Source: Bryobacterales bacterium (GTDB taxonomy: Bacteria; Acidobacteriota; Terriglobia; Bryobacterales; UBA6623). Taken from it: DNA of 56,157 nt. Where the stretch lies: the NCBI GenBank assembly GCA_022825595.1, contig JAJDWM010000338.1:1-56157 (forward strand), read 5' to 3'. Position 1 is the first letter of the stretch, and every line of letters begins with the position of its first letter. Shown here in pieces: positions 1 through 8,830 of the stretch. Both the position numbers and the translations under genes were made by a program. Below the pieces are notes generated by a model that saw only the letters and a program-made list of their open reading frames with translations, was not told where the DNA came from and did not search any database.

Positions 1-1
1 C

Positions 2-1432
2 TACAACGTCATCCAGTGGGTGCACCGGTCCACGCGGGGTTGGAGCTACGGCAGCTCGGTGACCGACCCCCGCACCGGCGAGATCATCAAGGGGCACGTC
101 ACGCTCGGCTCCCTGCGCGTCCGGCAGGACTACCTCATCGCCGAGGGGCTGCTTTCGCCTTATCTCCGCGGTGACGAAGAAGTGCCGGAGCTGGCGGAGC
201 TGGCGCTGGCGCGGATCCGCCAGTTGTCCGCGCACGAGGTAGGGCACACCTTGGGCCTTGGACACAATTACTACGCAAGCCGTCAGGGACGCATCTCGGT
301 CATGGACTACCCGCACCCGCTCGTGACGCTGGGACCGGACGCGCAGATCGACCTGTCGGACGCCTACGACGTCGGCATTGGGGAATGGGACGAGGTGGCT
401 ATTGCCTACGGCTACCAAGACTATCCCGAAGGGACCGACACGGTGTCCGCGCTTCAGCGGCTGCTCGACGAGGCGTGGGACGAGGACCTTCGCTACCTTA
501 CGAACCAGGACACGAGCGCACATCCGCGGGTCCACCAATGGGCTAACGGCACCGATCCCGCCCGCGAGCTCGAGCGGGTGCTGCAAGTGCGCCGCATCGC
601 CCTTGACCGCTTCGGCGAGAGCACGATTCCTGCAGGACGCCCGCTGGCGACGCTGGAGGAAGCACTCGTGCCGCTCTACCTCCACCACCGATACCAGATA
701 GACGCCGCGGCATCCGCGCTCGGAGGCCTGGACTACGTCTACGCGATGCGGGGCGACGGTCGCGTGCCGCTGACGCCAGTGCCGGGTGACCAACAGCGAG
801 CGGCGCTGAGGGCGCTGCTGCGGACGCTCGATCCGGCCGAGCTGACCGTGCCTGAAAGCGTTCTGCAGCAGATTCCGCCGCGGCCACCTGGGCACGGCCC
901 ACACCGGGAGTTATTCCCCCGCCGGACCGGTCCGGTGTTCGATGCCCTGACGCCGGCAATCGTCGCGGCAGACCTCACCGTCTCGCAGATGCTGGTCCCG
1001 TCCCGGGCCGCCCGCCTGGTCGAGCAGGCCATGCTCGACGACACCCTCCCGGACTTGGAGGAGGTATTGGCATCGCTGGCAGAGGGTGTCTTCGACAGGC
1101 CGGCGGAATCCGCATATGCGCACGCGGTCCGGCGGGCGGTGAGGCGGGTCGTCGTCGAACGGTTGATGGGACTCGCTGAGGAGGCTCCCATGGCGGAGGT
1201 GCGCGCCCACGCGACGGAGGCGTTGGAGCGCATTCGCTCTCGACTCCCGGCGTTCGGCGGGGATACCCATAGTCGCTTGCTTCGGCGCGAGATCGAACGC
1301 TTTCTCGACCGACCGGGCGGTCCTATTTCGAGGCCGGCCTCGCCTATGCCTGTCGCGCCTCCGGGCAGCCCGATCGGCACCTCGGCTCTGGAGTGGCTGC
1401 GCGGGGCGATCCAGGTCTGCGACTGGGAATAG
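2..1432 (+). CDS. secreted zinc metalloprotease, metzincin-like (5' end outside window)
   Basis: The frame is open back to the window edge (YNVIQW precedes the listed start at 20). HEVGHTLGLGHN matches the HExxHxxGxxH zinc site and is followed by SVMDYP. Overall it resembles DUF4953/DUF5117-type zinc proteases. Stop at 1430-1432. Confidence 0.8.
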   Translation, partial: YNVIQWVHRSTRGWSYGSSVTDPRTGEIIKGHVTLGSLRVRQDYLIAEGLLSPYLRGDEEVPELAELALARIRQLSAHEVGHTLGLGHNYYASRQGRISVMDYPHPLVTLGPDAQIDLSDAYDVGIGEWDEVAIAYGYQDYPEGTDTVSALQRLLDEAWDEDLRYLTNQDTSAHPRVHQWANGTDPARELERVLQVRRIALDRFGESTIPAGRPLATLEEALVPLYLHHRYQIDAAASALGGLDYVYAMRGDGRVPLTPVPGDQQRAALRALLRTLDPAELTVPESVLQQIPPRPPGHGPHRELFPRRTGPVFDALTPAIVAADLTVSQMLVPSRAARLVEQAMLDDTLPDLEEVLASLAEGVFDRPAESAYAHAVRRAVRRVVVERLMGLAEEAPMAEVRAHATEALERIRSRLPAFGGDTHSRLLRREIERFLDRPGGPISRPASPMPVAPPGSPIGTSALEWLRGAIQVCDWE

Positions 1433-1645
1433 AGGTCGGGATTCTGATCCCCAACCCGGGATCGCCGAGTGTGCGACCCGCATCGACCGGGGGACCATTG
1501 CACCTGGGAGCTGAGCGGTCGCGGTCACCTGCGGGCACCGGTCCGCGGGGGCGGGGGAAGCGGGGAAGCTCCGCAGCGGCCGCGGAACGGCCAAGGCTGC
1601 TAGACTGCAAGCGTTCGGTTTCTGAAAGACTGGGGGCAGCTGCTG

Positions 1646-1849
1646 GTGCTGGCGGCCCTGTTGCTGACGCTGTTCGGCTGGCTGCGGGCAGACATCGGAC
1701 GGCTCGACGACCGGATGGTCCGCATCGATGGGCGGATGGTCCGCATCGATGAGCGGCTGGCCGCCCTCACGGAACGCGTCGCGCACATTGAGGGCCGCTT
1801 GGCCATCGGCAGCGCCCCGCCGGGGGCCCGGCCCGAAGCCAAGGACTGA
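1646..1849 (+). CDS. small hypothetical protein: short hydrophobic N-terminus plus heptad/coiled-coil segment
   Basis: 67-codon ORF with a GTG start. LAALLLTLFGWL is followed by RLDDRMVRIDGRMVRIDERLAALTERVAHIEGRL. No family recognised and the start context is weak. Confidence 0.3.
   Translation: MLAALLLTLFGWLRADIGRLDDRMVRIDGRMVRIDERLAALTERVAHIEGRLAIGSAPPGARPEAKD
1712..1753 (+). repeat. 21-bp tandem duplication (2 units, 20/21 identical) inside the small ORF
   Basis: The units are cggatggtccgcatcgatggg and cggatggtccgcatcgatgag. They are in frame and duplicate the heptad RMVRIDG / RMVRIDE. Confidence 0.9.
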
Positions 1850-1903
1850 CCGGTTAGGCCCGCCCAGCGCCGATCCACCGCGAAACGTATCCGCCACAGA
1901 TCG

Positions 1904-1977
1904 GGTCCATCTCCGCGTGTGCGGGGGCGCCGGAGCCCAGTGAACTGCAGGTTCGGTTCGCACTCGCCCGTCCGAGC
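1904..1977 (-). repeat. 74-nt element copy A embedding a type I-E-like CRISPR repeat hairpin
   Basis: On the minus strand, a 45-nt part beginning gctcggacgggcgagtgcgaac is followed by GGCGCCCCCGCACACGCGGAGATGGACCC. By hand alignment 62/74 positions are identical to copy B. Plus-strand 1956-1977 is identical to 3580-3601. Confidence 0.6.
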
Positions 1978-2537
1978 ACCAAATCCGGGAGACCTGCAAC
2001 GATCGTCGGAGGCGAGTGCGTCTGTGCTGATAGCCACTGCAAGTCCTGTCCCCCCAGTCGAATGGCGAGGTCGCCATAGTACCGGGGCCCCTTCGGCAGA
2101 GCGCCTTCGGTAGGCCCACAGTTGCCGCTCCCTCCGGCGGGGCCGATTGGCGTGCGCCGATCTGCGCGACGGTCTGCTGCGCTGGGACGCACTTGCGCGG
2201 CCGTGAGTGCGGGATGTAACGCCCTGCCAGCCTCGGATCAGCGGAGATGGAGTCGAGTGAGGCCAGTGACTTGAAATGTCGAAAGCACATTCGCCAACGG
2301 GTGGCGGCGCTCCGGTGACCCTCCGCCAGAACCGGTAGCCGCCCGATGGCTCGAACCGCTGTCCGGGCATCCGGACTGGCCGAATCGGGAACTTGAGCTC
2401 TTCGATGATTGGCCCGATGGTGCAAGAGACTGCCGTTGCCATATGGGATGGCTGGACTCCCCGCATGGTTGGGCCTCGGGCGCGCCTGATAGGCTACGCT
2501 GAACAAGCAATGAGGATGTCTCATTGGGAGAGGCGAC

Positions 2538-2942
2538 ATGGCGGCTAGGCAGGCTTCGGCAGTTCATGGCATCACTGAGATACGTGAGCACATCGTTGGG
2601 ATTGGGAACCTGCGCGTTGTCCTACTCAAGGAAGAAGGTGCTTGGTACGCGCAAGGGCTGGAAATTGACCACGTGGCGCAGGGAAGCTCGATCGATGAGG
2701 CGAAGGCCAGCTTCGAGATCGGGCTACACACGACGATCCGCGAAAACTTGACCATTCATGGGACCATCGGCCCAGTTCTGATCCCAGCGCCTCCTGAGGT
2801 TTGGAAAGACTTGCTCAATCCCGCGGCAAGACCAAGGCGGTTCTCTTCGCTGTCGATTCATCCGATCGACCAAATGGACGGTGTGGGAGGATTCCTTCCG
2901 TTCCGTGGCATCGACTATCTCCAGATGGAGAGCGATGCCTAA
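2538..2942 (+). CDS. HicB-like antitoxin-fold protein (hypothetical)
   Basis: 134 aa in a lower-GC patch. The segment LLKEEGAWYAQGLEIDHVAQGSSIDEAKASFEIGLHTTIRENLTIHG..IPAP follows the HicB/UPF0150 N-terminal pattern, recognised from memory. Confidence 0.45.
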   Translation: MAARQASAVHGITEIREHIVGIGNLRVVLLKEEGAWYAQGLEIDHVAQGSSIDEAKASFEIGLHTTIRENLTIHGTIGPVLIPAPPEVWKDLLNPAARPRRFSSLSIHPIDQMDGVGGFLPFRGIDYLQMESDA

Positions 2943-3018
2943 TTCGGGTGAGGTCGCAAGAGATGACGTAGTTCTTGTGCTCAATGCCCATCGCGTTGAC
3001 AAATCCAGCGAGGAATGA
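2935..3018 (+). pseudogene. possible truncated hicA-like toxin remnant (27 codons)
   Basis: An ATG overlaps the stop of the HicB-like ORF (gATGcctaa). MPNSGEVARDDVVLVLNAHRVDKSSEE stops about where HicA proteins have the GSH motif. Very short, so weak. Confidence 0.2.
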
Positions 3019-3333
3019 GAATAGGGCGCCTTGACTGGTGGTAGAGGGGCTGCCTCTGTTGGACCAAGGCCGATCCTTCAGGCAATGTTAGGAAGCAGCG
3101 CCTTCCTAGGATTCCTAACTCGGGTCAGGGTCTCCAGGCGGACAGATACAGTCGAAAGCTAGGGGTTGGAAGGGTGGCAGACGATGAAGACGCTTTGCAT
3201 CATCAAGAAACGGTTGTCCAAACGCGCGTCTTCCCAGCTACGGCCCGGCTGCGACGATTCCCCCGTCCCCCCGGTCACCCGTGTCCGCGGGCCGAGGCGC
3301 CGGGTCAACTGCGGATCATAGGATCACTGCTCG

Positions 3334-3407
3334 GGCACATCCACACGTGTGCAGTGGAAGCCGGAAGGCGGGGGGTGTGCTAGGATTCCCTCGCGCCCGC
3401 CGGGAGC
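3334..3407 (-). repeat. 74-nt element copy C (most diverged)
   Basis: The minus-strand hairpin part GGCTTCCACTGCACACGTGTGGATGTGCC matches about 25/31 positions of copy B with one 1-nt indel. The flanking part is roughly 55-60 percent similar and keeps the terminal ..gagc. Confidence 0.45.
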
Positions 3408-3527
3408 GGAAGTGGACACTGAAATCCCGGCCCACGCCTCCCTTATCGGAGCGCTTCCAGAGTCCGGCCACAATCTCGGAGTCGGTCGCCAGCAGCGCTT
3501 CCCCGTTCCAGACCGAGGATCGTGCAT

Positions 3528-3601
3528 GGTCCATCCCCACGTGTGCGGGGAAGCAGGAGCCAAGTGGACAGCAAGTGTCGTTCGCACTCGCCCGTCCGAG
3601 C
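3528..3601 (-). repeat. 74-nt element copy B embedding a type I-E-like CRISPR repeat hairpin
   Basis: The minus-strand 29-mer (3527-3555) is TGCTT CCCCGC ACAC GTGGGG ATGGACCA: a 6-bp GC stem, a 4-nt loop and an 8-nt handle. It is preceded by a conserved 46-nt part. Confidence 0.6.
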
Positions 3602-3776
3602 GCCCTCCCGACATGGCCGCGAACAGCTTGCCTTGCACACGCAGGGATGAATCGCATGAGTGTCCGGAGCGATTCCAAACCAGGCAGTTCTTCTCCGTCG
3701 GCGTGCGGGCTCGCACGCGGAGTGGCAGAATCGGCCCGTCTGTCGGGCCAGACGCGAATGGACTTTCTGGAACGTG

Positions 3777-6700
3777 CTAGAACCTCAGCCTCGCCGCGAC
3801 TTGGGCCGTCCGGCCCAGTCCAGACCGCTTGGCGACGCCGAAATACGTGTCGTCGATGTTGTTGAAGGGCGCTGCCCAGTTCCGGTTGCCGAACGCGTTC
3901 AGCAAGTCCATGCCAACCTCCATAGAGACTCCCTCAAATGCCTCGATCGCCCTCGCGATGCGAATGTCCCACTGCTGGAAGCCTGCCGAGCGGTACTCGT
4001 TCCTTCGCGACGTGCCCTGCCGGACTTGGTCGAAATCTCTGGGCTGCACAGCCCGGAATGCCGTCGGGTCGAAGGCAAAATGTCCCGTGAGCTCGCGCCC
4101 GCCGGACAGCCGGAAAGTGCGCAGCTCGCCCGGATCCAAGGACACGAACGGAGCCACTCGGTCCGGTCTTCCGACCTGCTCGAATGTGTAGCTCGGGTCC
4201 TCCGTCTGGCGGATGTCCAAGGGCAGTCCCGAGCGCCAGCGCCAGATCCCGCTCACCGCCCAGCGGTCGAGCCAAGGGGCTCGGTCAGCCCAGCGTCTGG
4301 GCATGCGCATCTCCCACATCCATGCCGCGGTGAGCGAGTGCCGGCGGTCAAAGTCGGAGTACGTCCAGTCCGCGCCGATCAGCTCGTCACCCAGAATCGT
4401 GCTGCCGTTGTCCATGGAATGGCTCCAGCTGTACCCGACATCGATGGCTACGCCTCGGCGCAGGTACCTGTTGGCGCGAATCTGGACGGCACGGTACCGG
4501 GCGCTGCCGCTGCTCTCGAACGAGCGAATGTTGTCGAACCGAGAATAGCGCCTCATGTACCGAACAAAGGCGAACGAGTGCAGCGGATTGCGCACAAAGC
4601 CGTTCAGCTCCCGCTGCCGCTGCAGCCTGGTCGAACGCGTGCCGAGGTAGCTGCCGGTTAGGAACACCCGCCCCGGCAGCAGGCGCTGCCAGCTCAAGTT
4701 CCAGTGCTCCGCCCGGGCGTTCTCGAAACTGTTGTCGAACACCAGCAGCGGAAAACGCAGCACGCCCGAGCGAATGGTCGCCAAGGTGGTGTCGCCGAGC
4801 AGCCTCCCCGGTTCTTGGAACAGCCCGACCGGGTCGCGCACGGTGTAGCGGTTGTCGGTGCTGAAAGGGGGGTAGGTGGCTTGGAACAGGGCCGCCGCGC
4901 TTGAGCCGGCGAACGTCCCGTGGTCAAAGAACGCCCCGAACGCCCCACGCAGGACGGAGCGGCCTGACTCTCCCAATATCCAGCGGGCACCGCGTCCGTT
5001 CCACGAAGGGGAGTAGGCGATGCCGATGCGTGGCGAGAAGTTCCGCCCCTGCGTGCCGATCGTCGAGCGCGGCACGACTAGGCCATCCCGATCAGTGTCG
5101 CCGGGGAACAGCAGGTAGGGCGGAGACTCCGGGAACCGCACACTCTGGGAATCCTCGCGGAACGCCACGAGGCGGTCTTCCGTGTCCACCCCCGGGGGCT
5201 GCTGCTCGAATCGCACTCCGACCGTGACTCTCAGGTCGCGGCGGGGCCGGATCTCCGCCTCGGCATAAGCCGCGAACTCGAACCAGCGCAGGTCCAAGCT
5301 GCGCGGCGTTTGCACGCGCAGCTCTCCCGGACGCCCCAGCAGGAGGTCGCGGAGACCCTGCCCTCGGAACCGTGACGGGGGAGATGGGGGCACGGGAAAG
5401 CTGAAGGTTCCGGCCGGGTTCTCCGAGTGCGTGAAAGGCCACAGGCCGCGCTGGCCGAGCACGCCAGCCCGCACTACCTGCCCCCGGAGTTGGAGTTCGG
5501 CATCGTAGGCGACGCTCAGTGTGGTCTGCTGAGATTCCTCGGCCTCGAACAGCGGCGCCACGTGGAGCTGCAGCTGGCCGAAATCGTTCCACAGCCTGAC
5601 GTTGGGCAGAGACGCCGGTTCATAGTCGCCGTAGTCGAATCCGAAGTCGCGCGCGGGCGTGCCGTCGCGCCCCGGATGGCCGTTCCTCTGCTCACTGCCG
5701 AGCTGCTGCATGGCCATGCGGACCGAGTGGGTGAAGGACGGAGCGGGTGTGTGGGTCAGCGCGTACTGAGAGTGGCGCGACACCTGTCGGCGGTCGTTGA
5801 CCGTGCTTGGGCTCGCTGTGAACGCCTCAAGCGGAGGTTCCCGGACATGGTTGGCGTAGGTGTGATGGCTGAAGTAATGGCTGAAGTGCCTGCCGCCCCG
5901 GTCGATGCGCGCCAAGAACACTGTCCCGGAGCTCGCAAGGCTCTCATCCCAGCGTGTCCAGCCCCCCTCCAGATTGGCTGGAGGCACGAAAGCGGTCAGA
6001 TAGCGCTGCATGAGGGGGTCAAGTCGGCTTGCCGGGATCTTTCCAGAGGGGAAGGGCTGGCCCGTGTCCGGGTCCAGCGGCTGATTCTCGAAGCCGAAGA
6101 AGTCCCCAGTCCTCTCGTTGTCGCTCAGTACGCGTCGCAGCGCGCTGTGGCTGCGGCCTGTCAGCCACCCCTCGCCGTCGAAGAAGCCGCGGACGTTGCG
6201 CTTGGCCCACAGGGGCCCTCCCGCCTGTGCCCCGGCCGCCAGGCCGCCGAGTTGGTCTCGCGACCCGTCGAATGCGCCCGAAGGCCGCGTTTGGTGAGGC
6301 CGGCCGAAGGCGCGGATCTGCCCGTGCCACTGGTCGCCGCCCTCGCGAAAGCTCGGTTCGACGACTGCGCCGGCGTTGCGGCCATCCCGGGCCGAGTAGG
6401 TGTGGGTGATCACCCGCACGCTCTCGAGGGCCTCCGGTGCCGGGCCAAACGTGGCCGCCTGCGCGCCAGTGACCCGATTCTGGGCATTGTTCGAGGCTCC
6501 GTCCAGCTTGTAGTTGATGAACGAGCTGCGCGATCCATTGGCCGAGACCAGCGCGGCCCTGCCGGTGTCGGGATCCACGTCCAGGGACTCAGCCGGAACG
6601 ACGCCCGGAACTAGGTGGAGCAGCTTGTCGACAGCCGTGCGGCCTTCAGAGCCGAGCACGACCGGCAGGGACTCGATCTGCTCGCGGACCAGCCCGTACT

Positions 6701-7079
6701 CGAGGGCCATCTCTTCCAGCCCCGAGCGCGGCAGGGTGGCGGCGGCTGAGAGCTGTCGCAGGACAATCGCCGGGAATTCGACCGGGATACCCGGCAGCAC
6801 TTCGAAGGGTCCGCTGCGCCAGGCTTGGTAGCCGTCCCGCACCAGTGCCAGCGAGTAGCGTCCCGATGGCACGGACAGCAGCTCGAACGCCCCGTCAGAC
6901 CCACTGCGCGTACGCAGGACCTGGGCCGTAGACAGGTTGATCAGCTGAACCTCGGCGTCGGCGAGCGGCGCTTGGCCGCTGTGGCGCACGCTTCCCGAGA
7001 CGACGCCCGATGCCGCCCCCGCGACCGAGGCGGGAATCAGGAGGACTGCGCAGGCTGCGATGCCCAGCCGGCACGGCAC
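3777..7079 (-). CDS. CarboxypepD_reg-domain TonB-dependent-receptor-like outer-membrane protein
   Basis: 1100 aa with a signal peptide (MPCRLGIAACAVLLIPASVAGA). An N-terminal carboxypeptidase-regulatory-like beta-sandwich (GVVSGSV..DAEVQL..SGSDGAFELLSVPSGRYSL) is followed by a plug-like LPVVLGSEGRTAVDKLLHLVPGVV. A long beta-barrel region ends in the aromatic C-terminus ..AARLRF. Confidence 0.8.
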   Translation of the reverse strand: MPCRLGIAACAVLLIPASVAGAASGVVSGSVRHSGQAPLADAEVQLINLSTAQVLRTRSGSDGAFELLSVPSGRYSLALVRDGYQAWRSGPFEVLPGIPVEFPAIVLRQLSAAATLPRSGLEEMALEYGLVREQIESLPVVLGSEGRTAVDKLLHLVPGVVPAESLDVDPDTGRAALVSANGSRSSFINYKLDGASNNAQNRVTGAQAATFGPAPEALESVRVITHTYSARDGRNAGAVVEPSFREGGDQWHGQIRAFGRPHQTRPSGAFDGSRDQLGGLAAGAQAGGPLWAKRNVRGFFDGEGWLTGRSHSALRRVLSDNERTGDFFGFENQPLDPDTGQPFPSGKIPASRLDPLMQRYLTAFVPPANLEGGWTRWDESLASSGTVFLARIDRGGRHFSHYFSHHTYANHVREPPLEAFTASPSTVNDRRQVSRHSQYALTHTPAPSFTHSVRMAMQQLGSEQRNGHPGRDGTPARDFGFDYGDYEPASLPNVRLWNDFGQLQLHVAPLFEAEESQQTTLSVAYDAELQLRGQVVRAGVLGQRGLWPFTHSENPAGTFSFPVPPSPPSRFRGQGLRDLLLGRPGELRVQTPRSLDLRWFEFAAYAEAEIRPRRDLRVTVGVRFEQQPPGVDTEDRLVAFREDSQSVRFPESPPYLLFPGDTDRDGLVVPRSTIGTQGRNFSPRIGIAYSPSWNGRGARWILGESGRSVLRGAFGAFFDHGTFAGSSAAALFQATYPPFSTDNRYTVRDPVGLFQEPGRLLGDTTLATIRSGVLRFPLLVFDNSFENARAEHWNLSWQRLLPGRVFLTGSYLGTRSTRLQRQRELNGFVRNPLHSFAFVRYMRRYSRFDNIRSFESSGSARYRAVQIRANRYLRRGVAIDVGYSWSHSMDNGSTILGDELIGADWTYSDFDRRHSLTAAWMWEMRMPRRWADRAPWLDRWAVSGIWRWRSGLPLDIRQTEDPSYTFEQVGRPDRVAPFVSLDPGELRTFRLSGGRELTGHFAFDPTAFRAVQPRDFDQVRQGTSRRNEYRSAGFQQWDIRIARAIEAFEGVSMEVGMDLLNAFGNRNWAAPFNNIDDTYFGVAKRSGLGRTAQVAARLRF

Positions 7080-7087
7080 GGCCGCGC

Positions 7088-8830
7088 CTACCGGATGGCG
7101 GCTCTCAGCTGGCGCGTGTGCTGGCGGATGCGCGCCAGCAGGTCTGCCGTCGAAAGGTTGCTGTCACGCGCGTCCACCGAGGCGCCCGAACCGAAGAACA
7201 GGGCCGCGAGCGCTTGGTCGAGCGCCAGTGCGTCGTCCAGCAGCTGCTCCGCCGTTGCCTCGGCATCCTCCGTCCGCGGTGTGCCGCGCCGCTCGCCGCG
7301 GTACGCCCAGAACCGCCGCGGCAGAGATTCAGAGAGGCGCGATGAGATACCGGCCTGATGGTTTCCGATTCCTTCGAGGTGGAACTTCGCGATTTGCCGG
7401 AAACTCTCGCCCGGCGGCGCGTCGCCGCTCTGGGCGCTCGTTACAAGCCGATGCAACCCGTGCACGTGCGAGAGCAGCTCCGAGTCGTGCCGCATGATGC
7501 CGCTGACATAGCGGTCCAGCTCACTCGCTAGCAGGCCTTGCGTTGGCTGCTGGAACGACCGTCGCGCGGCGTCCTCATAGTGCTGCAGGAGGGCGTTGCG
7601 CACCGGCCCGCCAAGCGTCCCTTGCCGCCAGGCCACCTCCGAAACGCTGGGTGCCCCCATCGGCGTGGGGCTTCCGACCGCGATCTCGAATTCGACAGGC
7701 CGACCGTTGGCGACCGCCAGCAGCGCGCGCTGTGCCGCCGCCCGCTCGCTCTCGCTGGCCAAGGTGCCGCTGAAGCGGACAGCCGGGCCGGATCCGCCGG
7801 CCTGAAGCGTCGACTTCCACAGTCCGCTCCTGACGAGCATCAGGCTACCCTCGGCGACCAGCCTTGGGTCTTGCAGTTCTTGGCTGGACCTTGGGGCATC
7901 GGCAGGGTCGGGCGCTTGTGCGATCGCTCGGGCGGTGTTTCCCCCTTGGAACGGCGGCAACTCGTCAGACTGCGGAAGGCTCCCTGCCAGCAGTGCCCCT
8001 CCAGCCTGCGGTGGAGCCTCCAATACCGGAGCGTTCAGCGCTTCAAGCACGACCGTGGCGGGCGGGCGGGCGAATCTTGCTCCGATCTCCGGGAATCGTT
8101 CTGGAGGCACCGCCGCCGGTTCGGCCACCGACTCCTCCGGCAGCGTCACCGGCGCGAGCGGGACACCCTGCCCGGCCGGCGGAGTGCGCGCCTCGACCCG
8201 GATGGACGGGTCGGTTCCGGCCGGCGGAGGCACCGCGTTCCAGCCCACCCATGCCAGCGCGCAGGCCGCAGCCATCGCGCCGCTGTACGACAGCAGCGGA
8301 CGCAGGGCCGGCATGCGGAATCGGATCACTTTGGGGGTTGGCGCGCCATGCGGCTCCTTCGAGGTGATCTCCGAGTCAATGCGTCCGCGCAGTGCCACCA
8401 AGGCCGCGGACCTGCGCTCGACCGGTAGATCAGAATCAGCCTTGCGTCGGAGTTCGAACTCGATCGCGGAGAGCTCGGTATGCAGCCGTGACGCGCGCCC
8501 CCGGCACGTCTCGCATGTGGCCAGGTGGGCTTCGGTGGCGTCGTCAAGACGCTCTTCCAGCGACAGCAGCAGATCCTTGGTCGACAGGTGCATCGCCCGA
8601 AGCTGCGCATCCGCCGCCATGCGCGAGCGCAGCATGACCAACTGGTCATGCCCGGGCGGTCCGGGCCGAAGGTGCTCGCGGACCTGCTGTGAGACAACGA
8701 CGAAGGACTCCTGCACGTCGACCAGCGTGGCCTTGCAGTCGACGCACCCCACCACGTGCCGGCAAAGCTCGCGGTCTTCGAGCTCGCCTTCAGCGTAGAG
8801 GAGCAGTTCTCCTGGAGTCAGGTGTCTCAC
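7088..8830 (-). CDS. anti-sigma factor (zf-HC2 type) with one TM segment and a large extracytoplasmic domain of unknown family
   Basis: The N-terminus MRHLTPGELLLYAEGELEDRELCRHVVGCVDCKATL carries the H-x3-C-x2-C motif. A second similar segment is HLATCETCRGR. The TM segment is LLSYSGAMAAACALAWVGW. It lies immediately downstream of the ECF sigma gene and overlaps it by 41 nt. Confidence 0.7.
   Translation of the reverse strand: MRHLTPGELLLYAEGELEDRELCRHVVGCVDCKATLVDVQESFVVVSQQVREHLRPGPPGHDQLVMLRSRMAADAQLRAMHLSTKDLLLSLEERLDDATEAHLATCETCRGRASRLHTELSAIEFELRRKADSDLPVERRSAALVALRGRIDSEITSKEPHGAPTPKVIRFRMPALRPLLSYSGAMAAACALAWVGWNAVPPPAGTDPSIRVEARTPPAGQGVPLAPVTLPEESVAEPAAVPPERFPEIGARFARPPATVVLEALNAPVLEAPPQAGGALLAGSLPQSDELPPFQGGNTARAIAQAPDPADAPRSSQELQDPRLVAEGSLMLVRSGLWKSTLQAGGSGPAVRFSGTLASESERAAAQRALLAVANGRPVEFEIAVGSPTPMGAPSVSEVAWRQGTLGGPVRNALLQHYEDAARRSFQQPTQGLLASELDRYVSGIMRHDSELLSHVHGLHRLVTSAQSGDAPPGESFRQIAKFHLEGIGNHQAGISSRLSESLPRRFWAYRGERRGTPRTEDAEATAEQLLDDALALDQALAALFFGSGASVDARDSNLSTADLLARIRQHTRQLRAAIR

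Noticed and set aside
911-2539. 542-aa and 288-aa minus-strand ORFs (911..2539, 1600..2466) spanning the protease 3' end and the first accessory patch
   Set aside because: They are Arg/Pro-rich shadow frames that overlap the metalloprotease antisense. The PHTRRWT / PRTRGDGP-type peptides within them are translations of the CRISPR-like repeat, not real protein.
1904-3601. Calling the repeat-bearing region a bona fide CRISPR array
   Set aside because: Only three repeat-like units exist, at 194-bp and about 1.4-kb spacing. The would-be spacer flank is itself conserved. Putative degenerate repeats 32 nt downstream of units A and B match only about 10-11/29 positions. No cas genes are in the window. 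I report it as repeat elements instead.
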